A stretch of 64,000 nucleotides of DNA from Candidatus Uhrbacteria bacterium CG10_big_fil_rev_8_21_14_0_10_50_16 (GCA_002774875.1 PCYM01000002.1:14781-78780), one strand, 5' to 3'. Shown: positions 29,308 to 39,857, counted from the stretch's first letter. The notes: generated by a model not told the origin, from the letters alone. Program-made: numbers and translations.

Positions 29308-30099
29308 ATGGATCTAACCCCTTTGTTCAAACATGCCTGGCGCGACCATGTCGGCATTGAGCGTGAATTTACGCTCAACCAGAATGAATGTGCCGTTCCC
29401 CTCTCACCTTCATTTCTTCGTTGCATGCATCATCTCCAACGTTCACTCGGACACAACCCAGATCGCTGGGCGCCAGAGCTCTCTGCGTGTCAGGTAGAGG
29501 ATCGTACTGTGCCTCATCGACGGCTCGCAACACTGCGCTCCGACCTGGCTAGTGCTCAGAACCGTGGAACACGCGTAGCTGCATCAATCGGGTGCAGGCT
29601 TGCGGCATCCGAAGTCGTTCCTCATGATGTCGTACGAGTTACGCATCCGAAGTACAGACATCTACAAGAACGTCTCCCGGAGAATGTTCTCATGGCTGCC
29701 TATCGAGTAGCGGGTGTCCATGTGCACATTGGATGTGGGTCTCTCCATGAAGCCGTGGAACGTCATGATCTGCTCTGCGATGCCCTCGTGGAGCTTGCTC
29801 GCATCTCTGACCACAGCAACGGTGAGCGGCTGCGACTGTACGGTGAGGTGTTAGCCTTCACCATGGGATCGAATGCGCCTAATACAATCGGAACCTCGCC
29901 ACATTACGAATCTCCAGAAGGCTGGCATGCACGCATGCGTGCGCTTGGAGTCGAGCAACTCGCCTCCTGTTACGACCTGGTTCGCATCACCAGTTACGGA
30001 ACTGTAGAGGTACGTATCTTCGGCATGACAGAGTCACCAGACGAGATCATTGATTGGGTAGAAAGGATTCATTCACTCGTCGGTATTACGACGATCTAA
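29308..30099 (+). CDS. Carboxylate-amine ligase, glutamate-cysteine ligase family 2 (YbdK-like)
   Basis: GCS2-like sequence over ~260 aa; AAGGAG SD 7 nt upstream of ATG 29308. Confidence 0.55.
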   Translation: MDLTPLFKHAWRDHVGIEREFTLNQNECAVPLSPSFLRCMHHLQRSLGHNPDRWAPELSACQVEDRTVPHRRLATLRSDLASAQNRGTRVAASIGCRLAASEVVPHDVVRVTHPKYRHLQERLPENVLMAAYRVAGVHVHIGCGSLHEAVERHDLLCDALVELARISDHSNGERLRLYGEVLAFTMGSNAPNTIGTSPHYESPEGWHARMRALGVEQLASCYDLVRITSYGTVEVRIFGMTESPDEIIDWVERIHSLVGITTI

Positions 30100-30137
30100 C
30101 GCCCCTGCCTGGGGGAAACCCCAGGCAGCTTACTTCT

Positions 30138-31004
30138 ATGCCTATTTCTTCTATTACAACACACACTGGCAGTTCACCTGGTCCCACGGTGACGATTCTT
30201 GGAGCGACCCATGGCGATGAACCAGGGGGTGTTCGAATTGTTGAGCGCCTTCGTAACTATCTTGATTCACAACTTTTTTATGGCACCGTCAACTTAGGAA
30301 TTGGAAATCCGGAGGCGTACAAACGACGATCTCGTTCTGCAGATCCCGATTCTAACACAAACATGAATCGCGTCTTTACAGCAAAGCGTCTTTTAGATCC
30401 GCAGCCGCGATCAAGAGATGTCCTTAGAGCTCAGGAGCTCGCACCACTTCTTGCAAAAACGGATTATCTTATAGATCTCCATGCGACAAGTCTTCCGTCA
30501 GAGCCGTTTCTCTGCTTTGGACTAAACCCTGAAAAACACTCCCCACTAACACGGTTCGCTCCAGTGCAACGTATTCTCATTGATTCAAATCATTTCATGG
30601 GTAAAGAGCTTGGAACAACGGATGCCTATGTGGATCGATCAGGTGGCATAGGTATTTGTTATGAAACAGGACAATGGTCCAATCTCTTACAACAGGATAA
30701 AGCTTACAAAGGCGTTCTGAATATGCTACAAGGAATCGGCGTGATCCCCAACGGTGCAGCCGTTACCGTACCTTCGCAGCAAATATATACAATCGTCGCG
30801 CAGGGTAAAGCAAAGAGTGCTACTTTCACCTTTGCACCGCGTGCTTCCCACAATTGGGCGCCTATTAAATGTCGTGAATATATTGGTTCACATGGCCACA
30901 GCACGGCCGAGCTCGCTACCCATAACGGCGTCATTCTGTTTCAAGTTCGTAAGGAACACATACGTCCAAATGGATTTCTCTATTCGATTGCTGCACCTGT
31001 GTAA
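30138..31004 (+). CDS. Succinylglutamate desuccinylase/aspartoacylase (AstE/AspA) family metallo-hydrolase
   Basis: Zinc-site motif ILGATHGDEPGG and second His region (IDLHAT). Confidence 0.6.
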   Translation: MPISSITTHTGSSPGPTVTILGATHGDEPGGVRIVERLRNYLDSQLFYGTVNLGIGNPEAYKRRSRSADPDSNTNMNRVFTAKRLLDPQPRSRDVLRAQELAPLLAKTDYLIDLHATSLPSEPFLCFGLNPEKHSPLTRFAPVQRILIDSNHFMGKELGTTDAYVDRSGGIGICYETGQWSNLLQQDKAYKGVLNMLQGIGVIPNGAAVTVPSQQIYTIVAQGKAKSATFTFAPRASHNWAPIKCREYIGSHGHSTAELATHNGVILFQVRKEHIRPNGFLYSIAAPV

Positions 31005-31042
31005 GTCTTTGTACCCGGTCCATTTCTTGCTAAGATAAAAGC

Positions 31043-31690
31043 ATGATCGCCTCTCAACAATCCTACAAAGAAGTTCTACGGCGACTACGGAAGCGATACA
31101 AAAAATCGCCAACAGATTTTGTGCACTGGTCTAACCCATTGGAATTGATCATGGGAACCGTACTGTCTGCCCAATGTACCGACAAGCGCGTTAACCAAGT
31201 CACAAGGGTGCTCTTTAAAAGGTATAAGACAGCAGCGGCTTACGCACAGGCGGATCTTGTGAAACTCAAGCAGATTGTTCGATCTACGGGATTTTATAAT
31301 TCTAAGGCACGTTATCTTAAAGGGATCGGCACGATCCTTGTTCGCGATCATGGAGGAAACGTTCCCGCGGATTATGATGCGCTCATGCAGCTCCCCGGCG
31401 TCTCCAATAAGACGGCAAATCTCATTATGGCAAAAGCCTTTGGGATAAACGTAGGTGTTGCCGTCGACACACATGTAAAGCGCATTGCTCCACGCATCGG
31501 ATGGGTGACAAAAACAGAGAACACCGCCAAAATTGAACGAGAGCTCAACGCCATTGCCGACCCCAAAGACTATCTTGATCTCAACGAGTACTTAATTTTG
31601 CTTGGTCGTGATGTGTGCGGCCGCACACCAAACTGTGCCGCCTGCCCGCTTAATGATCTGTGCAAAACTGGAATCAAAAACACCCACTAG
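31043..31690 (+). CDS. nth: Endonuclease III (Nth), [4Fe-4S] DNA glycosylase/lyase
   Basis: HhH-GPD region LPGVSNKTANLIM, C-terminal Cys cluster CGRTPNCAACPLNDLC. Confidence 0.85.
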   Translation: MIASQQSYKEVLRRLRKRYKKSPTDFVHWSNPLELIMGTVLSAQCTDKRVNQVTRVLFKRYKTAAAYAQADLVKLKQIVRSTGFYNSKARYLKGIGTILVRDHGGNVPADYDALMQLPGVSNKTANLIMAKAFGINVGVAVDTHVKRIAPRIGWVTKTENTAKIERELNAIADPKDYLDLNEYLILLGRDVCGRTPNCAACPLNDLCKTGIKNTH

Positions 31691-31722
31691 GGGTGTTTTA
31701 AAAACGCAGCAAAAAACGAACA

Positions 31723-33237
31723 CTACAACTGCCTAACCACTTTGATATTGGCACCAAGCTTACTGAACTTTTCGGCGATATCCTCGTATCCACGGTTAAT
31801 GGAATAGACGTTTCGCAACATCGATGTTCCCTTTGCCGACAACATAGCAATAAGAATTAACATCGCCGGACGCAGCGCCGGTGGCGTAGTAATGTCAGCG
31901 GCCGTAAAGGCGACCGGACCATCCACCTGCGCACGATGAATATCTAACAACGTCACCTTCCCTCCTACTTTGGTGAGCTCCGTGTAATAAATCGCGCGGT
32001 TCTCATACGGCCAGTCGTGGATGAGTGTACGTCCCTTTGCCTTACATGCAATCAGAACAAAGAAGGGAAGATTATCCATGTTAATCCCCGGGTATGGACG
32101 CGGCGCGATCTTATCGGTCAACGCGGTCAGAACCGAGGGCAACGTTTGAATATCCACCAATCGCGTCTGGCCATTATCCGCAAGGTACGACTTTTTGATC
32201 TCATACTTAAATCCCATATTGGAAAGATAGAGCAACTCCAGCTCAAGAAAATCAATGGGACAGCGTTTTAACGTGATAGACGAATCCGTAACAATCGCCG
32301 CCGCTAAAAATGACATAGCCTCAATAGGATCCTCGCTTGGCGCGTAGGTAACGTCCATATTGATCTCCGATTTTCCGTGGATGGTCAGCGTAGAGCTTCC
32401 AATTCCTTCGATTTTGACACCGAGTTTTTGCAAATAAAAGCACACATCCTGCACCATGTAGTTTGCTGACGCGTATTTGATTACGGTTATACCGTCTATT
32501 TTTGCCGCCGCCATCAGCACATTCTCCGTTACCGTGTCGCCCGCCTCCGACAAAATAATCTCAGCCGGTTTAGGGCGTTTTACCTCCACGTGATACACAC
32601 TTTCCTTGACCTGCACACGCAGCCCGAGTTTCTCTAACCCCTCCAAATGTGGGTGTACGCTGCGCGTTCCTAGTTTACAACCACCCGCATACGGGAGATC
32701 GAACGATTTTGTCCAATGCATGAGCGGCCCCATGAACATAATAATGCTCCTAGTTTTCGCACCCGCCTCTGCATCTAACCCAGCAAGATTAAGTTCTTTT
32801 GGCGGTGTAATTTTGAGATCATTCCCCTCTATCCACTTTACATTTACGCCGATACTCTCCAACACCTCAATAAGCCGATAGACTTCCTCAATACGAGGCA
32901 CATGCCTGAGTGTGGTGACACCATTATTGAGTAATGACGCACACAGCAAACCCACGGCAGCATTCTTAGATGTGCTCATGGTCACCGATCCTTTAAGCTT
33001 TTTGCCACCCACAATCTGAAAGTTGAGTGCACCTGTCCCAAGAGACACAATCTGATAGTTGAGCGCGCGAGAAATCCGAGAAAGCGTGTCCACACTCAGG
33101 TTTTGTTCTCCCCGTTCAATCCGCGCTACGGCACTTTGGCTTGTTTTGAGTTGACGCGCGAGGTCTGCCTGCGTCATGCCTTGCTGTTTACGTAGTTCCG
33201 TAATAAAGGCACCAATCTTTTTTTGTTCGGTTTGCAT
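31723..33237 (-). CDS. murA: UDP-N-acetylglucosamine 1-carboxyvinyltransferase MurA fused to an N-terminal XRE-type HTH domain
   Basis: Residues ~8-62 KIGAFITELRKQQGMTQADLARQLKTSQSAVARIERGEQNLSVDTLSRISRALN = HTH_XRE; from ~70 onward FQIVGGKKLKGSVTMSTSKNAAVGLL... aligns to MurA including catalytic Cys (GGCKLGTR); no stop between the two parts. Confidence 0.75.
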   Translation of the reverse strand: MQTEQKKIGAFITELRKQQGMTQADLARQLKTSQSAVARIERGEQNLSVDTLSRISRALNYQIVSLGTGALNFQIVGGKKLKGSVTMSTSKNAAVGLLCASLLNNGVTTLRHVPRIEEVYRLIEVLESIGVNVKWIEGNDLKITPPKELNLAGLDAEAGAKTRSIIMFMGPLMHWTKSFDLPYAGGCKLGTRSVHPHLEGLEKLGLRVQVKESVYHVEVKRPKPAEIILSEAGDTVTENVLMAAAKIDGITVIKYASANYMVQDVCFYLQKLGVKIEGIGSSTLTIHGKSEINMDVTYAPSEDPIEAMSFLAAAIVTDSSITLKRCPIDFLELELLYLSNMGFKYEIKKSYLADNGQTRLVDIQTLPSVLTALTDKIAPRPYPGINMDNLPFFVLIACKAKGRTLIHDWPYENRAIYYTELTKVGGKVTLLDIHRAQVDGPVAFTAADITTPPALRPAMLILIAMLSAKGTSMLRNVYSINRGYEDIAEKFSKLGANIKVVRQL

Positions 33238-33304
33238 AGTAAAAACATTTTATATCATATATGGTATATTGTCAATCAACAAAAACCTGCTATACTTGAG
33301 TCCT

Positions 33305-35104
33305 ATGGAAAAGCCCTCCGCCTTTTTGAGACAAGAAGCCAAGAAGCGACCCGAAGCTGCAGAAGTCCGCAGTGCAAAAGCTGCAGAGCTCGTTGAGGCA
33401 CGCACGCAAGACAGAGAACGCAGGGAGCGTCTTGCAGAACTCGCCGAGCAGATAGAAAACGGACGTTCGGAGGCATCACGCATAGAAGAAGGACTCCTTA
33501 CAGAGGCAGCGCAAGAACTCTCCACTGTGGAACAACAACTTAAAGAATTGCGAACCAGTAAACTCGCGGAAGTTTGGAATTGGAGACAAATCAAACAAGT
33601 AAAGGCAGAGATTGCACAGATACGAGCAAAACAAGGCGAGGGGGAATCCAGCCTGTACGTTGCTCAAGACTCCGTCAATAAGGCACAGGAACAACTGTAT
33701 GTCGCCAAGCAGAAGACGGATGTCCCATCGGCTCACGATATTTTGAATCAATACTACGAGGACGAGAAAGCTCTTTGGGAAAATCGTGAGGCTTCCATGG
33801 ACGATGTAGCTGAGTATTTTAGGGCAGACAAGCTTGCCGATATGGATATGGAGAGCTATGTGGACCTGCTGCGCCGCTTCCCTTCCGAAATGGTTACACA
33901 CGTTAGCCGTCGCGGCATCCGAGATCATGCCGAGCTTAGTTACCATACCTCTGGATTACAGGAATATCATGCAGCGTTTGATAGTGTCTTGGAAACAGGT
34001 CGGCTACAGTCAGCAATCAGTATTAAACTCGAAGGTGATCAAAAGGATGACGCGATTGCAAAACAGCTTAAATTAGACTCCTTTGCGACAAAAGAAGAAG
34101 CCTATGCGCATCTTGATCAACTAACCCAACGAGAAGGCTGGAATAGTTTTGCCGATCATAGCGCTGTTCATTTTGCCACAGAATGGGTGGCCGATGCCTA
34201 CTACGGATCCGAACGAGATAATGAAGTCTTTATTGCGTTTCCCTCTGCCCTTATTGCATCCGAATTCCAGTTTGGCGGGGGGCATGGTCGCGATCTTACA
34301 GAAGCAGGTGAAGACTCAGTAAGAAATGATTTGTGGGTTTGGCAAAAAGACGAGGAAGGCATCCCAATTGATGCAGGAGTCACATTCCTGCCAAAAGAAG
34401 CAGCCGTGGATCCAGAAACAGGCTCTCGCTATGAACTCGATACGGACAAAAACCCTATCGTTGATACGGAACGTGTACAACAATTAAAATCGGTACTTGA
34501 ATCCGGAGTCATTATTGAACTCGCAGCAGCATCCAGAGAAAAAGAATATGAATCCTACTCTCTTCCACCGTCAGAAAGAGTGTGGAGAAAAAAAGAGATA
34601 GAAACCGAGCTAAGGAAAAACATTCAAGAGGCACTGGGTATCTCTGATAAAACAGCCAAGGATGTACTCTATGACGTTGTGCCTCTCGTCGTCTTATCAG
34701 AGAGAGTTCAAAAAGCCCTTGCTGCAGAACCAGATCCAAACAACCAAGTAGTCGAGGATATGAATAACGCCCTTATTAAAATGGGCGCGTATTATAAAAC
34801 GGCAGAAAGGACGATTCCCTCTCAAGAGTATTGGAACAAACGATTCGAGGCGCACCCGGACCAAAAACCAAGTAAAGTCGTTTTTTACGAGGGGGACTCA
34901 CCTTCTGCCGCCCTCTATAAATGGCGAAAAGACAACGGGTTAACAAAACGCAGTGATAGCTTAGATGGCGACTTGAATGAAAAAAAGGTTACGACCGGAC
35001 AAGATACCATCGTCCAGTCTCGCTACAAAGACATTGCTCGTTCCATTATCGACAAACATTTTGATCAACAAGACACCTCCCAAACAGAAAAACAGGCCGC
35101 GTAG
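33305..35104 (+). CDS. Large hypothetical protein (599 aa; N-terminal charged coiled-coil region)
   Basis: ORF track, start moved to MEKPSAFL; no recognisable catalytic motif. Confidence 0.5.
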   Translation: MEKPSAFLRQEAKKRPEAAEVRSAKAAELVEARTQDRERRERLAELAEQIENGRSEASRIEEGLLTEAAQELSTVEQQLKELRTSKLAEVWNWRQIKQVKAEIAQIRAKQGEGESSLYVAQDSVNKAQEQLYVAKQKTDVPSAHDILNQYYEDEKALWENREASMDDVAEYFRADKLADMDMESYVDLLRRFPSEMVTHVSRRGIRDHAELSYHTSGLQEYHAAFDSVLETGRLQSAISIKLEGDQKDDAIAKQLKLDSFATKEEAYAHLDQLTQREGWNSFADHSAVHFATEWVADAYYGSERDNEVFIAFPSALIASEFQFGGGHGRDLTEAGEDSVRNDLWVWQKDEEGIPIDAGVTFLPKEAAVDPETGSRYELDTDKNPIVDTERVQQLKSVLESGVIIELAAASREKEYESYSLPPSERVWRKKEIETELRKNIQEALGISDKTAKDVLYDVVPLVVLSERVQKALAAEPDPNNQVVEDMNNALIKMGAYYKTAERTIPSQEYWNKRFEAHPDQKPSKVVFYEGDSPSAALYKWRKDNGLTKRSDSLDGDLNEKKVTTGQDTIVQSRYKDIARSIIDKHFDQQDTSQTEKQAA

Positions 35105-35123
35105 GACCTGTTTTTTTCTTAAA

Positions 35124-36026
35124 CTACTTGAGCCGAGAAACGTCGCGGGTAAAGCAGTCATGACCAACTTTATGCGCGTAAAAGTCACGCTCGGCGAGTC
35201 CACTTCCATAAGGAATTGGTCGTGAGTATCCCATGTCCGCGGTTGGTGCATAGGTAAACGTGGCACAAAGTTCATAGGTCGTGTCCGTCAACCGATTGTA
35301 CTCATACCCCTCACCCGTTTGTGGATCCACGGGTAACGTAAGGTATACGTTGACACCCGTAAGCGATTCTGGAAGTGCTGTTTGTTCATACCAATAGTTT
35401 TCTACCGCTCCTTGCACGGTCCACAAGTCTGTAACACGCTGGTTGTCTAACTTTTCTAGACGCTGTTGTGCGGGAGATTCCATGATAAAGAATCCGCCAA
35501 TCACGCTTGCTGCCAACAGCACCAACGTGACACGTGCCAACCACATCATCTTGACAGGCATTGCCTTAGCCTCGCGTCTGATATCCCAAATGTAATACGC
35601 AAAGACCGCAGCCGCAACAATTAATACGGAGAGGGTTTTAAGCGCAAACCGCATGGACAACTCGCCACCGAGAAAATTATAGATCAGCGTCGCGAGATCG
35701 ATCATAATAGTAATCCCCGACACAAATAGCGTGAGATGAATCAACCACCTACGAATCGCCAGGCTATATTTACCCGCGTGTGCCAGCATATCCTTGTTCA
35801 AAAACCACGCAACCCACACGTAAACCGGCGTAAATATGATCAGAACAGACAAAGAAACACGTAGGACGTCTGAAACATTATTAAAACTATTCACCGGATC
35901 CGGAAAAAAGTGGTTCACATATTGAAACAACGTCGAGATAGCCGACACAGAAATCGTATAAAGCGTAACGGTCACAAGGAGGTACAAGAACACGTCCCGA
36001 GCCGTTGAATTGGTTGTTTGGTTCAT
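35124..36026 (-). CDS. Integral membrane protein (multi-TM N-half, soluble C-half)
   Basis: Hydrophobic helices in first ~170 aa; 300 aa; family not recognised with certainty. Confidence 0.5.
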   Translation of the reverse strand: MNQTTNSTARDVFLYLLVTVTLYTISVSAISTLFQYVNHFFPDPVNSFNNVSDVLRVSLSVLIIFTPVYVWVAWFLNKDMLAHAGKYSLAIRRWLIHLTLFVSGITIMIDLATLIYNFLGGELSMRFALKTLSVLIVAAAVFAYYIWDIRREAKAMPVKMMWLARVTLVLLAASVIGGFFIMESPAQQRLEKLDNQRVTDLWTVQGAVENYWYEQTALPESLTGVNVYLTLPVDPQTGEGYEYNRLTDTTYELCATFTYAPTADMGYSRPIPYGSGLAERDFYAHKVGHDCFTRDVSRLK

Positions 36027-36100
36027 ATGGTATTAGTATAGAGCGGTTGCCCGTTTGCGACAAGCAACTACCAAAAAACCCGGTTTCCCGGGTTTTGTAT

Positions 36101-37900
36101 TTACATTTTTGAACCGTGACGTTTGCGATCCACCTCTGTGAGGTACTTTTTACGAATACGCGTAAAGTGGGGCGTTACCTCCACATACTCGTCTTCTACA
36201 ATGTACTCAAGTGCACGCTCAAGCGTCATATCCAACGGCGGCGTGAGGTTAAGTGCCTCGTCCGCACCGCTGGAACGCATGTTGGACAACTGTTTTCCCT
36301 TACATGGGTTAACGGTCATACTCTCTTTGGCGCTTGCCCCAATCACCATTCCCTCGTATACCTCAACGGTAGGCTCAATAAACAAGGTTCCTCGTTCCTG
36401 GAGGTTGGCGAGCGAAAATCCAAGTGCTTTACCTGTAACTCCAGAGATAATGGATCCCGTTGTGCGTTTCTCAATCTCTCCCTTGTACGGTCCGTAATGC
36501 GAGAAAATGTGCGATAGCGTTCCTTCGCCCTTGGTGGCCGTCACGAAATCCATACGGTATCCGAGCAATCCACGCGTAGGGATGACGTACTCAAGTCGCG
36601 TAAATCCGTCTCGGCTTTCCATGTTGATCATCTCGCCTTTTCGCTTTCCAAGCGCTTCAATGACGGCGCCCGCACTCACATCTGGCACATCAATTGTTAC
36701 GGACTCATATGGTTCTTCTTTTACACCATCAATCATCCGAATAATTGCTTGTGGCTGACTCACCTGTAACTCATACCCTTCGCGTCGCATGGTCTCAATC
36801 AACACCGCAAGGTGCATTTCTCCACGTCCACTCACATGGAACGCTTCACCAGTATCGGAATCCGTAATCTGCAATCCAACATTTGTCTCCAACTCGCGAT
36901 CAAGGCGCTCTCGAATCTGTCGGGACGTAACCAGGTTTCCATCTTTTCCAACGAACGGCGAACTGTTGGCCATAAAATCCATGGTCAACGTTGGCGGGTC
37001 GATGTGAATCGCAGGTAGCGCCTCCACGGTAGCGTCTTGTGCTACGGTCTCTCCTACGTTAATGTTTGGAATTCCGGCGATAGTCACCACGTCACCGGCA
37101 TAGGCCTCTTCCACGTCTCGCTTAACAAGACCCATCGTAGTTTGCAACTTGGTGATTTTTTGATTTTCCTTGGTTCCATCGAGTTTTGTAACCACAACGG
37201 ACATTCCTGACTTCATGGTTCCCTCTACGATGCGACCCATAGCCATACGACCAACGAATTTATCGTACGAGAGGTTGACCGGCTGCATGCGCATTGGCTT
37301 GCTATTCTCGCTCGGTGCTGGTGGCACGGTCGCCAAAATCAAATCAAACAACGGTTGCAAGTCGGTTCCCTGTACCCTTGGATCCGTAACGGCAATCCCG
37401 TCTCGTGCGATAGTGTAAATGTACTTAAAATCGAGCTGTTCATCTGTTGCACCCAATTCGCTAAACAAATCAAACACCATATCCACCACCTCATCTGGGC
37501 GTGCGGAGGGTTTGTCGATTTTGTTGATCACCACAATCGGCTTGAGGCCAAGTTCCAACGACTTGCGCAACACAAACTTGGTTTGTGGCATAGGACCCTC
37601 GTAGGCATCCACGAGCAAAAGCACGGAATCCACCATTTTAAGCACACGCTCCACCTCGGATCCAAAGTCTGCGTGACCTGGCGTGTCGATAATGTTGAGC
37701 TTGGTCTCGCCAAGCATAATAGCCGTATTCTTTGCGTAAATGGTGATTCCGCGTTCTTTTTCCAAGTCATTATTGTCCATCACGCGTTCTTCAATAATTT
37801 CCCGATCAGAAAAGGTACCAGACTGTTTAAGCATGGCGTCCACAAGTGTCGTTTTACCGTGGTCAACGTGAGCAATGATGGCGATGTTTCGAAAATCCAT
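36101..37900 (-). CDS. typA: Translational GTPase TypA/BipA
   Basis: AHVDHGKTT, DTPGHADF, NKID G-motifs and EF-G-like domains; 599 aa. Confidence 0.9.
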   Translation of the reverse strand: MDFRNIAIIAHVDHGKTTLVDAMLKQSGTFSDREIIEERVMDNNDLEKERGITIYAKNTAIMLGETKLNIIDTPGHADFGSEVERVLKMVDSVLLLVDAYEGPMPQTKFVLRKSLELGLKPIVVINKIDKPSARPDEVVDMVFDLFSELGATDEQLDFKYIYTIARDGIAVTDPRVQGTDLQPLFDLILATVPPAPSENSKPMRMQPVNLSYDKFVGRMAMGRIVEGTMKSGMSVVVTKLDGTKENQKITKLQTTMGLVKRDVEEAYAGDVVTIAGIPNINVGETVAQDATVEALPAIHIDPPTLTMDFMANSSPFVGKDGNLVTSRQIRERLDRELETNVGLQITDSDTGEAFHVSGRGEMHLAVLIETMRREGYELQVSQPQAIIRMIDGVKEEPYESVTIDVPDVSAGAVIEALGKRKGEMINMESRDGFTRLEYVIPTRGLLGYRMDFVTATKGEGTLSHIFSHYGPYKGEIEKRTTGSIISGVTGKALGFSLANLQERGTLFIEPTVEVYEGMVIGASAKESMTVNPCKGKQLSNMRSSGADEALNLTPPLDMTLERALEYIVEDEYVEVTPHFTRIRKKYLTEVDRKRHGSKM

Positions 37901-38021
37901 ATTAGGTGCAAAGAATCAATACCGGCGGAGTATAGCTGGAAATGCCGTTTTGGTCAAGTACAGGAGGTGTTAAAAGACAAAAAAAACACTCGGTTGTTGA
38001 GACTTCTGGGTGTTTGTCTGG

Positions 38022-38855
38022 TTATGACTGATTGGTATCAATAATGACACTCACCGGATCTCCCAAGTGGTCCCATGTACTTTCTGGGATGTTTGAGACG
38101 AGTTTTGGAACACCGTGATCCTCGTGCACACGCAACTCTGATACATAACCCGACAACTGTTCCTCGTCTCTCAGTCGATCCGCAAATTCTGGCGTCTCAA
38201 AATCTCTTACAGAATATCCTGGGAGCGGAACCCGAGAGAAGCTCTCCCCTTTTGATTGAGGCTCTACAAAAAGTGTCAATTCCATCATCGGTTGAATCAC
38301 ATGACACCAGGCCAGGTTATCGTCATACAGTGCCAACCGTTTGAGCCGCATCGACGCGCCGTGCTCAGACAGATAGTACAGCGAATCATCTGGACGAATT
38401 GTATCGGACACCTCACCTGGTGCACCCCCAGATTGAGTCGCAAACTTGTAGCGCCACACGGACTGTTTGTCTAAATATGCTGCGATATCATCCACGGCCT
38501 CTTTGGTAATACGACGATACGCGTCAGATGTTCGCTTAAGACCTACTAAACGTTTAACGGTTCTCACGCGTAGACGTTCCACCTCTTGCGAAACATGACT
38601 TAGCCCCTCCATTTCCCGCTCGGGAATCATAGGATACTCAAATGGTAACGCAGCAAGTTCACCTTTCCGTTCTTGCATTGCTCGCAGATGACCGATAACC
38701 AAGGAGGGTTTTACTGATTGTTCTGGTTTCTGTACCTCTCCTTCTAATACCTGTACCGGTTGTCGATATTTACTTTTAAGATCTGCCAAAAGACGATCGC
38801 TCCCCATGGCACGCAATCGCTCTTCCTCAGATGACCCACCTTTGTATTCACTCAT
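38022..38855 (-). CDS. Hypothetical protein (277 aa)
   Basis: ORF track; no motif recognised. Confidence 0.45.
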   Translation of the reverse strand: MSEYKGGSSEEERLRAMGSDRLLADLKSKYRQPVQVLEGEVQKPEQSVKPSLVIGHLRAMQERKGELAALPFEYPMIPEREMEGLSHVSQEVERLRVRTVKRLVGLKRTSDAYRRITKEAVDDIAAYLDKQSVWRYKFATQSGGAPGEVSDTIRPDDSLYYLSEHGASMRLKRLALYDDNLAWCHVIQPMMELTLFVEPQSKGESFSRVPLPGYSVRDFETPEFADRLRDEEQLSGYVSELRVHEDHGVPKLVSNIPESTWDHLGDPVSVIIDTNQS

Positions 38856-38876
38856 ACATTACACGTTCAAAATTCT

Positions 38877-39833
38877 TTATTTACAAAGATACTTATGGAC
38901 CACAAATCTAAACGGCAGCAACATAATTGCCCACGGGAATACTACGAGCACCGTTGCAAGGAGTACGTTTGGATCGGAAAAGTAGAGACCAGCAAGATAA
39001 ATAGCCAGTGTAAAGTTCATAAACGTCATGCAAATGGAAACGGCTGTACGATCATTGCAAGGACGCCAGTACGCCACAAAGTAGCCCGCCACCAGTAGCA
39101 AACTAATAAAACAGAACAAAGCGATAACGAGTGAGAGGAGTGTTTGATCAAGGTTGGTCAAAATGACATGCGATTGCTTTGCCACAACGCCCGCAATCAA
39201 CATGCCGAGTAGCAGAAGCGAGATCGGCTTAAAGGTAAATGCCATTTTCTGAATGTGCTTTTGAAAAAACGATCGAACACCCTGTGCGAGAACAAACGGA
39301 ATAACGATCACCTTCACTAAACTCCAAAACATCGTCACACCGCTCACGGTAACGGCAGTGCTCGCAAAAATACCAATCACAAACGGGATCGTAAACGGTG
39401 CTAGCAAGGACGTTGTGAGAGTAAGGACAAGTGCAACATCTGTTTTACCTCCTACAACCTCCGAGAGGAGAGGTGCTGTCATGCCCGTTGGCATTGCCGC
39501 AAGAAGCATGAGCGCAATCGCAAATTCCGGCACAATCCATTGCGCCAACAGATACACAACGGACGGCAACAGCAAGAGCATAAACACGTTTGCCGCAATC
39601 AACATCTTTGTATTTCTGACCGTGCGGAAAATCTCTGTTGGATTGAGCTTGAGGCTCGTGAGAAAAAAGATGATTTGCAAAAGAAGCGTCGCAAAGGGTG
39701 CGAAAATTATTGCGGAATCAGGAAGAAGCAAGCCTGCTCCAAGAGCCAAAAGAATAAGAAAGAAATAGGACTGGACGAGCTGTACGAACCATTGGATAAG
39801 TCTTTGTGACATAATAGCTTTAGTATACCTCAC
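38877..39833 (-). CDS. Bile acid:sodium symporter (BASS) family transporter
   Basis: ~10 TM helices with BASS-like repeats; start may be the downstream Met (MSQRLIQW, 39812). Confidence 0.6.
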   Translation of the reverse strand: MRYTKAIMSQRLIQWFVQLVQSYFFLILLALGAGLLLPDSAIIFAPFATLLLQIIFFLTSLKLNPTEIFRTVRNTKMLIAANVFMLLLLPSVVYLLAQWIVPEFAIALMLLAAMPTGMTAPLLSEVVGGKTDVALVLTLTTSLLAPFTIPFVIGIFASTAVTVSGVTMFWSLVKVIVIPFVLAQGVRSFFQKHIQKMAFTFKPISLLLLGMLIAGVVAKQSHVILTNLDQTLLSLVIALFCFISLLLVAGYFVAYWRPCNDRTAVSICMTFMNFTLAIYLAGLYFSDPNVLLATVLVVFPWAIMLLPFRFVVHKYLCK

Positions 39834-39857
39834 CGTCTCTGTTATACTGAGCCTACT

